DNA from: an uncultured Gemmatimonadaceae bacterium | Lineage (GTDB): Bacteria; Gemmatimonadota; Gemmatimonadetes; Gemmatimonadales; Gemmatimonadaceae | Direction of reading: 5' to 3' | Length of the DNA stretch: 64,000 nucleotides | Assembly: GCA_963781585.1 (NCBI GenBank) | Contig: CAWAGQ010000008.1 | Span: forward strand, 96,001-160,000 | Shown: one piece after another, positions 39,321 to 47,478 of the stretch | Position numbering within the stretch: position 1 is the stretch's first letter | Layout of the letters: the number at the start of each line of letters is the position of its first letter | Notes under the pieces: generated by a model | What the model saw: the letters and a program-made list of their open reading frames with translations, nothing else | Databases searched by the model: none | Told to the model about the DNA's origin: nothing | Made by a program: the position numbers and the translations under genes

Positions 39321-41192
39321 ATGCGTCGACATCCCTGGACCGCCCTGGCGGGGCGCTGTGCGTTCGTCGCTGCCTCGGTACATCTGTTCGCCAGTCGCCC
39401 GCTCCCGGCGCAGGTCGTCACCGGGACGGTCACCGATGCCCTGTCGGGCGCCCCGGTTGGTGGCGCCGTGGTGACGCTCACCGGGCGCGCGGGGAACGCC
39501 GGCCTGCGACGCACCATCAGCGACCGGGACGGAACGTTCGCCCTCGGCGCTCCCGCCGCCGGCTCGTACGCGCTCGACATACGCGCCATCGGTTTCACAC
39601 CGTGGATCGACAGCACCATCACGTTAGGCGCCGGTGAATCACGCGTCGAACCGGTCTCCCTCAGGCCGTTCACCGTCCGGTTGGCGACCGTCCGTGTGCA
39701 GGGGCGCAGCGCCTGTCGCCGGTCCGGCGATCTCGATGTGGTCACCACCGAGGTGTGGGACAACGTGTGGGCGGCACTGGCATCCACGGAAATCGCGCAC
39801 GCCCAACAGGTCCAGGCCGATGTCTTCATGTACACCCGGGAGTACGACGCCGAGTCGGGCGTGGTGCTCCATGAGGACCACAACATTCTGCAGGTGCGGG
39901 ATGAGCGTCCGTTCCGCACCGCGCCGCCGGCCGATCTTGCCCGTTACGGCTACTGGCGCCAGACCCTCGGCGGGCAGATCAACTACTACGGGCCCGACGC
40001 GCAGGTGCTGATGTCGCCGGAGTTTCTCGCCAGCCACTGCTTCTCGCTCGTCCGCGACGACAGCGCCGCAGCCCCGCGAATCGGACTCACCTTCCGGCCC
40101 ACCCGCGCCAACACCAACGACGTGGAAGGGGTGCTGTGGATCGATGCGTTCAGCGGCGAACTGCGCGACCTCGAGTATGCCTACACCGGCCTTCAGCCGC
40201 TGCGCGGGCGCCGCGCCGAAGGCCGCATCTCGTTCTCGCGCCTGCCCAACGGCGTCTGGGTGGACGATCGCTGGCTGATTCGCCACCCGCTGCAGCAGGA
40301 TGGATCCAGGCCGCCTCGTGACGCGCGCTCGCTGGATATTCGCGAGGGCGGCGGCTTCGTGCTGACCAGCCTGTCGAGGCAGGACCATTTCGTCACCGCG
40401 GTGGGTCACATCCGGGATGGCGTGAACCAGCCGGCTCGCGGCGCGACCGTGGAGGTCATCGGCACGGACAAGCGCGTGCTGGTGGATGATGAAGGGGCGT
40501 TCCGCATCGACACGATTCTGGCTGGCACCTACGAGATACGCGTGATGCGTGCCGGCTCGGCGGAGGCCGGCGGTTTCGTATTGCGGGGCACCCTGACCTT
40601 CGAGCCCGGTGGCGCGACGCGGGTGGACGTGAGCATTCCGGACGTCGGCCACATGGCGGCGGACCTGTGTGAGGGAAAGGCACGCGGCGATGGCGTTCCC
40701 CTGTACGGAGTGCTGCGCGACATCCACTCCGGCCGGCCGATCGCCAACTACCGCATGGAGGTCGGGTGGTCCACGCTCCTCGATTCGTCGGCCGGCACGC
40801 CGGTACGTCGCCGGGCCGGCGGAACCACCGTGACGTCGGATTGGCGCGGCGCTTTCCTCGTGTGCAACGTCACCCCGCGAAGTGACGTGCGCTTCCGCGC
40901 CGCTGGCGCGAAGGAGGAGGACTGGAGCCAGTTCCTCCCGGTGGGCTCGCAGCTGTTCGTCATCGAGATCGCGGTGGACACCGCCGCGAAGGGCTCGTCG
41001 GGCATGGGGACTTCAGCCGATCCAGACGCTCGCCGAGATCCCACCGAACAGCAGGCCGTGGAAATGCAGCGGCCCCGGCGCGCGCCGGGGCCGCTGCCTG
41101 ACGAGCCGTCCCCTCCGGTCAGGGGGAACCGGGTGGCCGTCCCGGGCGACCTCCCTGCCCCGGCCCGGCGCCGAAGCCGCGACCATTCTTGA
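39321..41192 (+). CDS. Secreted carboxypeptidase-regulatory-like (Ig/transthyretin-fold) domain protein
   Basis: Signal peptide; VTGTVTDALSGAPVGGAVVTL; YYGPDAQVLMSPEFLASHCF shared with 57965-60421. Confidence 0.7.
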   Translation: MRRHPWTALAGRCAFVAASVHLFASRPLPAQVVTGTVTDALSGAPVGGAVVTLTGRAGNAGLRRTISDRDGTFALGAPAAGSYALDIRAIGFTPWIDSTITLGAGESRVEPVSLRPFTVRLATVRVQGRSACRRSGDLDVVTTEVWDNVWAALASTEIAHAQQVQADVFMYTREYDAESGVVLHEDHNILQVRDERPFRTAPPADLARYGYWRQTLGGQINYYGPDAQVLMSPEFLASHCFSLVRDDSAAAPRIGLTFRPTRANTNDVEGVLWIDAFSGELRDLEYAYTGLQPLRGRRAEGRISFSRLPNGVWVDDRWLIRHPLQQDGSRPPRDARSLDIREGGGFVLTSLSRQDHFVTAVGHIRDGVNQPARGATVEVIGTDKRVLVDDEGAFRIDTILAGTYEIRVMRAGSAEAGGFVLRGTLTFEPGGATRVDVSIPDVGHMAADLCEGKARGDGVPLYGVLRDIHSGRPIANYRMEVGWSTLLDSSAGTPVRRRAGGTTVTSDWRGAFLVCNVTPRSDVRFRAAGAKEEDWSQFLPVGSQLFVIEIAVDTAAKGSSGMGTSADPDARRDPTEQQAVEMQRPRRAPGPLPDEPSPPVRGNRVAVPGDLPAPARRRSRDHS

Positions 41193-44100
41193 CCCGGTTG
41201 GGCACCTTCGCCCACTGGTCGGCGGTGAGGATGGCCTGCACCTGCTTCAGGGCGTCCTGCTGATTTTTCTGGAGCTTGTCGAGCTGCGGCCGGAGCTTCG
41301 GCATCAGCGCCGCCATATCGGGGTTTGCCCCGGCGTTCGACACCTGTTTCTGTACGTCCTGACCAAGCACGGTGTTCTTCGCGTTCAGTGAATCCGCGAT
41401 CACCTGCAGCTTCGCGACCTGATCATCGCTGAGCTTGAGGGTGTCTTTCATCTGAATGATGGAATTCACCGGGTTCACGTTCGCCAGCGCGGTGGCGAAG
41501 GCGGCCGGGCCGCCGCCTCCGGGGCCACCGCCACGGCCGCCGCGGCCACCGAACGCCGCGCCGCGAACCGCGTCGATCGCATCGCGCACGCGGTCGGGGC
41601 CGAGCGTGTAGCGCGCGTTGATGCCCACCTGGAACGGAATCTGGATGCCGTTCTGCCCCTGACGCGACGACCCGAAGCGCTCGTTGACCTGATAGATGTA
41701 GCTCTGCGACGACGGATCGAAGCCACGCACGTAGAGCAGCGTGTTGTCCTCGCCGCGGAACGAGCCCCAGCCATGCAGATTGTTCTTGCCGTGGAGGAGC
41801 TGGTCCATGCCGCCCAGGAAATTCTGGGTCACCACCGACACCATCAGGCGGCGGTTCAGTCCAAGCAGCGCCGGGCGCCAGTTGAGCTGGAACTCCAGGC
41901 TGGTTTGCCACGGTCCACGGCAGGAGTTGCGCTCGGCGATGGTTCCGAGGTTGTTGCTCAGGCACTCCCGCACCCCCGGCGACGCGCCGGCGAGCAGGCG
42001 CTCCATGCCGTTGGCGATCGCGGTATCGCCGACGCTGGATGGGTTGAACAGGAACGCGCGGTCGTTTCGTGCGCCGTCACCGTTGATGTCCGCGCTCACC
42101 ATCGGTGTGAACGGAGCTCCCGACGACAGCCGTCCCACGGCGGTCACTTCCATCCCGAGGTTGATCGGATAGGTGATCGATCCGGTGATCGAGTGCCGGC
42201 GATCGAAGTTGCTCACCGCCCACTCGTGCACGTTGGGGTCGCCGGCGGTGGTGGCCGACGAGAAGCCGCCGCCGCCCGAGGAGAAGCCGCCACCGGTGTT
42301 GCGCCCGAAGCCTCCGCCGCCGAATCCGCCGCCTGACGACTGGTCACGCGAAAAGCCGAGGGCGTATCCCAGGTTGAAGATCGCGCCCCGGGTGGTGATG
42401 CCGTTCAGGGACAGCGACAGCTGCTTCGATTCCGATCCGAGATTGGAGCTCGTCAGCAGCACCTGGCTGAAGTTCGGATTGAGTCGCGAGGCGAGGAGGT
42501 TGGTGGTGCCGCTGGTGGGCACGATCGAGGCTGGATCGGCGTAGACCGGCCGCCCGTCCTCCGCCGCCAGATTGAACTGCGGTGTCTCGCGCAGATTGAG
42601 GTCGCGATAGCCCGTCTGGGCCACCCCGCGCGAGTAGCTGAGGTCGGCGCTGAACGAATAGCGCTCGAAGAACCGGCGCTGAGCACCTAACGAGGCGCGC
42701 CAGGCGCGCGGAGCCTGGAAGTTCCTGTCGAACAGCGTGACGTTGGGCACGCCGGTGGGCGAATACAGATTGCCGCCGCCTGCGCACTCGCTGGGAATGC
42801 CCGACGGGTCGAGCTCGAACGCCGACCAGTCGGGCTGCGGAACGTAGGCCCCGGTGCAAACCAGCTGTGCTTCCGCATTCGCGAGGCCGGTCGCCGCCGC
42901 TGCCGCCGAGAACAGGTTGGAGCTCACCGTGCTGCGGAATTCGCCGACTCCGCCGCGCAGGATGAGCGGATTGCTCCCGCCACCACGACCGCCGAATCCA
43001 CCGCCGAATCCGCCCCCGCCACGGCCGCCGAATCCACCGCCGCCTCGACCGCCAAAGCCGCCGCCACCGCCCCCGCCACCGCGGCCGCCACCGTCCGCTC
43101 CACCAGGACCACCACCGGACGAGCCGAGCGTCATCGTGAATCCCACTCGCGGACTGACGTGCACCTCCTTCGGCAGGAAGTCGGTGCGGTGTCCAAACGC
43201 CTGCTCCACCGCCGGATTCTCCTTCGGCGCATCGCCGAAGCGTCCGCCTTCCAGCCGGCCGCCGTAAGTGACCTGCAGCGACCGCGAGACCCGCCAGACA
43301 TCTCCGAGATAGAGCGCGGCATTGATCTGCGACCCCTGTCGCACGTTAGGCTGCAGCGTCCGGGTGAAGCTCGTCGCCTGGCCGGCGTCGAAATCCGCCA
43401 GCGAGTTGAACATGTAGGTCCCGAACCGGTTCGACGTCACGTCCTGCTTGAACGTCTGCTGGTTGAACAGCCCGCCCAGCTTGAACCGGTGTCCCGGCGT
43501 GAGCCAGGAGACCTCGTCGGTGGCCTCGAATCCGGTGCTGCGTCCGTTCTGCGGCAGCCCCGTGTTTCCCCCGAAGGTGAGGGTGGAAACCGCGCGCGTG
43601 GCGCCGCTGGTCAGATCGGACGCGACCTGGACGCGGCCGGCCGGCAGCGTCAGGAACGCCCCCTGGTCCCGCTGGCTGCCGGAGTAGTACGCCTTCAGTT
43701 CGTTGATGTACTTGCCGGCGAAGATCGACGTGTACGTCGCCATCACCCCGGCGCCCCAGTTCTTCGAGGTGCCGCCCGTCTGCGGCAGGGACAGCGTCCC
43801 GACCCGCGCCGGATCCTGGTCACTCCAGTTCCCGTCCCAGCGCAGCGACAGCGAATGACCGTTCGGCATCAGCCAGTCGGTGCGGACGAGGCCGGAGAGG
43901 TTGTTGGACGTCCGGTTGGGATCGAAATACGACCCCGCCTTCATGCCGTTCTGCGCCGCGATGCTGAAGAACCGCGCCACCGAATCGGAACTCACCCCGA
44001 AGCGCGACAGCGTGGTGGCATCGGCGTTGTACAGTGACGGGAGGATGTCCTGGCGCTGGCGAAGCTGGAGCGACCCGAACGCGAACAGGTTGTCCTGCAC

Positions 44101-44985
44101 GATGGCCCGACCGAACCCGCCCGACAGCTGGTTCTGCGTATAACCCTGCGACAACGGCGACGCATCCTCGCCGCTGATCACGAGCTGATCGTCGCGGAGC
44201 TGGTAGGAGAAGTTCCCCTGCGGACGGTTCGTCCCCGACCGCGTCGTCGACGCGATGAGACCGCCCGAAAACTGCCCGCGGGTGACGTCGTAGGTGCTGG
44301 TGATCACCCGGGTGCTGCGGGTGGCCTCGGACGGAACCTCGGTGGTGCCGAAGCTCACGCCGTCCAGCGTGATGGCGTTCGCCTCGGGGCGCTGCCCCGC
44401 AACCGAGAACCCTGCCGCGGTCGTGTCGGACCCGGTGATCGCCACCACGTTAGGCGACAGGAGTGCCAGGTTCAGCAGATCGCTGGCATCCACCGGGAGC
44501 CTGGCCGCCTGGTCGGGCGTGAACGCCCGCTCGATCGACCCCGGCGTGGGGAGATCGCCGCCACGCGGGAGCGGCTGCCGCCCCGTAACGTTCACACCCT
44601 GCAGCGTGGTCGCGTTCATCGACAGCACCGCGTCGGCCACCAGCCGGTCCTCGTCGGCGATACGAGTGAGCCGCTGCGCGTTAGGCGCGAGACCGATCTG
44701 GCGGATCACCACCTGGTAGTCGCCGCCACCGTCCGGGAACAGGATCGTGTAGCGGCCCTGCGCGTTCGTGCGGGCGCGACGCGTCACGGTGGTCTCGAGC
44801 GACGTGACCTCGACGGTCGCGCCCTCGATTGGGGCGCCGTTCTCGGCCTTGACGGTCCCGGTGATGATGTCGGTGGTGACGCCGATCTGGGCGCGCGCAA
44901 CGGCGGGGGCGGCGAGAAAAAGCGCGAACAGGAGAGCAATGCGGTGCCAGCGTCGGGCGCCGAGCGCCAGGGCACGGAAATGCAC
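41119..44985 (-). CDS. Oar-like TonB-dependent outer-membrane receptor with N-terminal carboxypeptidase-regulatory domain and C-terminal helical extension
   Basis: Signal peptide; ITGTVKAENGAPIEGATV; GQFSGG..ASTTRSGTN; SPRVGF; DINGDG..ND; Gly/Arg-rich loops. Confidence 0.85.
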   Translation of the reverse strand: MHFRALALGARRWHRIALLFALFLAAPAVARAQIGVTTDIITGTVKAENGAPIEGATVEVTSLETTVTRRARTNAQGRYTILFPDGGGDYQVVIRQIGLAPNAQRLTRIADEDRLVADAVLSMNATTLQGVNVTGRQPLPRGGDLPTPGSIERAFTPDQAARLPVDASDLLNLALLSPNVVAITGSDTTAAGFSVAGQRPEANAITLDGVSFGTTEVPSEATRSTRVITSTYDVTRGQFSGGLIASTTRSGTNRPQGNFSYQLRDDQLVISGEDASPLSQGYTQNQLSGGFGRAIVQDNLFAFGSLQLRQRQDILPSLYNADATTLSRFGVSSDSVARFFSIAAQNGMKAGSYFDPNRTSNNLSGLVRTDWLMPNGHSLSLRWDGNWSDQDPARVGTLSLPQTGGTSKNWGAGVMATYTSIFAGKYINELKAYYSGSQRDQGAFLTLPAGRVQVASDLTSGATRAVSTLTFGGNTGLPQNGRSTGFEATDEVSWLTPGHRFKLGGLFNQQTFKQDVTSNRFGTYMFNSLADFDAGQATSFTRTLQPNVRQGSQINAALYLGDVWRVSRSLQVTYGGRLEGGRFGDAPKENPAVEQAFGHRTDFLPKEVHVSPRVGFTMTLGSSGGGPGGADGGGRGGGGGGGGFGGRGGGGFGGRGGGGFGGGFGGRGGGSNPLILRGGVGEFRSTVSSNLFSAAAAATGLANAEAQLVCTGAYVPQPDWSAFELDPSGIPSECAGGGNLYSPTGVPNVTLFDRNFQAPRAWRASLGAQRRFFERYSFSADLSYSRGVAQTGYRDLNLRETPQFNLAAEDGRPVYADPASIVPTSGTTNLLASRLNPNFSQVLLTSSNLGSESKQLSLSLNGITTRGAIFNLGYALGFSRDQSSGGGFGGGGFGRNTGGGFSSGGGGFSSATTAGDPNVHEWAVSNFDRRHSITGSITYPINLGMEVTAVGRLSSGAPFTPMVSADINGDGARNDRAFLFNPSSVGDTAIANGMERLLAGASPGVRECLSNNLGTIAERNSCRGPWQTSLEFQLNWRPALLGLNRRLMVSVVTQNFLGGMDQLLHGKNNLHGWGSFRGEDNTLLYVRGFDPSSQSYIYQVNERFGSSRQGQNGIQIPFQVGINARYTLGPDRVRDAIDAVRGAAFGGRGGRGGGPGGGGPAAFATALANVNPVNSIIQMKDTLKLSDDQVAKLQVIADSLNAKNTVLGQDVQKQVSNAGANPDMAALMPKLRPQLDKLQKNQQDALKQVQAILTADQWAKVPNRVKNGRGFGAGPGQGGRPGRPPGSP

Positions 44986-45023
44986 GGAGAAAATCCTCAC
45001 AGCCGAAGTGGGCCAGCAGGTTC

Positions 45024-45053
45024 TTAGACGCGCAGCCGGCACAGGATGTTAAA
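45024..45053 (-). promoter_or_regulatory. Putative ECF sigma factor promoter
   Basis: Minus strand TTTAAC-N17-CGTCTAA about 40 nt upstream of the receptor start. Confidence 0.45.
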
Positions 45054-45413
45054 CGTGTTCCGACGGCAACTCGCTGTGTGGCTGTCCCTTGGGCCACTCG
45101 AACCGCAGCCCGACGCCCGGGACGCGGAAGCCGCCGCCCCCCCTCACAGCCCGCGCGCCGACGCCCTGCCCCCGGCACCCCCGGGTGTGCAGCGCCAGGC
45201 ACCCCATGGGGTTGGAAGGAAGATTCGGATCCGCGACTGTTTGACAGGCCCCTGTCAGGTCGGCGATGCATTCTCCATGTCGCGCCCGCGAACGGAACTG
45301 GCCGGCGCCGGCGGCGCTCATACCGACCGCCAGCAGTCGGCAGGCGTGCCAGTTCGGTCCTCGGCGTGCTCACCGGTCACTGCTGGACAGATCCACGAAT
45401 CGCGACAGACCAC

Positions 45414-46628
45414 ATGCTGCTTGCCGAGATCATCGCCGTTGCCCTCGCCGCACTCCGCGCGAACAAGCTCCGTTCGCTGCTCACTATGCTCGGGATCATG
45501 ATCGGCGTCGGCTCGGTGATCACCATGGTCGCGCTCGGGAACGGGGCCGAGCGATCGGTGCGCGACCGGATCCAGCGCCTCGGAACGACCATCATCCAGA
45601 TCGATCCGCGGCGGGTGCGCCAGGGCGGCATTAGCACCGCCGACCCCGCGCGCCTGACGACGAAGGACGTGGACATGATTCTCGAGCGCGCACCGAACGT
45701 GGTTGGGGTGAACTACACGCAGGATCGGACCCTCCACGTGGTGTGGGGCGCCCACAATGCCAGCGTCCAGGTGACCGGGAGCAACGCGAACTTCCTGACG
45801 GTGCGCGGATTCCGGCTGGCCTACGGACGGATGTTCACGGAGCTGGAAGATCATCAGAAGCGGCGGGTGGCCGTGATCGGTGCGGGTGTGCTGCCCTACC
45901 TCACCGGTGACGACGGAGCCGGCCTGGTTGGAGAACAGATCCGCATCTCGGGCCGCGCCTTCACCGTGGTCGGCGTGCTGCAGAATCGGGGCGTGACAGG
46001 CGTGGGGGATGCCGACGAGCAGATCCTCATACCCTACGAGACCGGCCGCTTCGAGGTGTTCGGCCAGAACCGCATCGACGACATCTGGGCCCGCGCGGTG
46101 TCCGAGGATTCGCTCATGCGCGCCATGGCCGAGATCCAGTCTGCGCTGCGTCGATCCCAGAGGCTGCGTCCGGGGAGTCCCGACAACTTCAACATGCGCA
46201 ACCAGGCCGACTTCCTGGTCGCCCTGAGCGAGACCACCGCCGTTTTCACGCTGCTGCTGGCGGGCATCGCCGCGGTGAGCCTGCTGGTGGGTGGGATCGG
46301 CATCATGAACATCATGCTCGTCTCCGTCACGGAGCGCACGCGCGAGATCGGCGTGCGGAAGGCACTGGGCGCCACCCGCTCGAACATCCTCCTGCAGTTC
46401 CTGGCGGAGGCCGTGGTGCTCTGTCTGCTCGGCGGGGCGATCGGCATCGCGGTGGGTGTGGGTGCCTCGCAGGTGTCGCAGAGCACCATGGGGTGGAATA
46501 CGGCGGTCGACCCCTGGTCGGTCGCGGTGGCGTTCGGATTCGCGAGCGCGATTGGACTCGTGTTCGGCATCTGGCCGGCGCGGCGGGCTGCGCGCCTCGA
46601 TCCGGTCGAGGCACTGAGGTATGAATGA
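45414..46628 (+). CDS. MacB-family ABC transporter permease
   Basis: NKLRSLLTMLGIMIGV and SLLVGGIGIMNIMLVSVTERTREIGVRKALGA. Confidence 0.93.
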   Translation: MLLAEIIAVALAALRANKLRSLLTMLGIMIGVGSVITMVALGNGAERSVRDRIQRLGTTIIQIDPRRVRQGGISTADPARLTTKDVDMILERAPNVVGVNYTQDRTLHVVWGAHNASVQVTGSNANFLTVRGFRLAYGRMFTELEDHQKRRVAVIGAGVLPYLTGDDGAGLVGEQIRISGRAFTVVGVLQNRGVTGVGDADEQILIPYETGRFEVFGQNRIDDIWARAVSEDSLMRAMAEIQSALRRSQRLRPGSPDNFNMRNQADFLVALSETTAVFTLLLAGIAAVSLLVGGIGIMNIMLVSVTERTREIGVRKALGATRSNILLQFLAEAVVLCLLGGAIGIAVGVGASQVSQSTMGWNTAVDPWSVAVAFGFASAIGLVFGIWPARRAARLDPVEALRYE

Positions 46629-46629
46629 G

Positions 46630-46737
46630 GCAAGGGCATGGGCCATACCATAGGTCATAGGCCATAGCCAAGGCCAGAAAGGTCATGGCGCCGCCTCGGG
46701 GTTTGGCCTCTGGCCTCGGGACTGTGGCCCATGGCGG
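46630..46737. repeat. Heptamer-like repeats in inverted arrangement (AGGCCAT... / ...TGGCCT)
   Basis: Degenerate repeats downstream of the permease, related to the 35979 and 39226 tracts. Confidence 0.5.
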
Positions 46738-46746
46738 TATCCAGCC

Positions 46747-46835
46747 TGCCATCTCGACCAGTGCCCGGTCATGCTGACAAGCCGCGTCGTACCGAGCTTG
46801 CCACGATGACAACTCCTGAGAGGTACGGCTCGTGC
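46747..46835 (+). promoter_or_regulatory. Putative sigma54 promoter with upstream activator-like boxes
   Basis: AGGTACG-gctc-GTGC (GG-N10-GC at 46822-46835); TGYCA-N3-TGRCA-like boxes at 46747, 46767 and 46799. Confidence 0.5.
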
Positions 46836-46936
46836 CTGGTCTCACGGCGGAGTCACTGAGCCGGGCCCCGTTGTGGGTCGGCCGCCTGCTGAAGTCAATC
46901 AGACCGCAACCTTATCAGCACGTCATGGAGGAAGTC

Positions 46937-47395
46937 ATGGTCACGATCTCCCCGATCAATGCGGTGCTCGATCGCATGGTCACGCTCAGCCGCGCGATGG
47001 GCGACATATCTGGACGAACGAATAGCGACGCCTCGAAGGGCAGCCTCGTGGAGCAGTACTGGGTCCCGGCGCTCGATGCCTGGGAGACTGAAAACGCTTT
47101 TCTCGTCAAGCTTGATCTGCCCGGCGTGTCCGCCGAGCACGTCGACATCAACTTCGACCGCAATACCCTGACCATTCAGGGGAATCGTGCTCCCGCGATG
47201 CAGGCGCCGGAGAACGGCGAGCTGCGCGTCTTCTTCGCCGAGCGGGCGTCGGGCTCATTCACGCGTTCGCTGCGGTTCCCGCAGTACGTGGTGGGCGACG
47301 GGATCACGGCCGACTTCACCAGCGGCGTCCTGACGATTACGGTGCCGAAGGCGGAGAGCGCGAAGCCGCGGAAGATTCTGGTCTCTGCGAAGTAG
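46937..47395 (+). CDS. Hsp20 / alpha-crystallin small heat-shock protein
   Basis: GGAGGA RBS; WVPALDAWET, DLPGV, ERASGSFTRSL and GVLTITVPK. Confidence 0.93.
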   Translation: MVTISPINAVLDRMVTLSRAMGDISGRTNSDASKGSLVEQYWVPALDAWETENAFLVKLDLPGVSAEHVDINFDRNTLTIQGNRAPAMQAPENGELRVFFAERASGSFTRSLRFPQYVVGDGITADFTSGVLTITVPKAESAKPRKILVSAK

Positions 47396-47410
47396 GGGAC
47401 TCAGGATGCG

Positions 47411-47458
47411 CAGCTCATAGCTCATAGAGCGAGTAGCGCTGTGAGCTATGCGCTATGA
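47411..47458. terminator. Hairpin between convergent genes, built from AGCTCAT units
   Basis: CATAGCTCATAGAGCG-agtag-CGCTGTGAGCTATG. Confidence 0.5.
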
Positions 47459-47478
47459 CCCGTAGTCCTCGCACCGTT

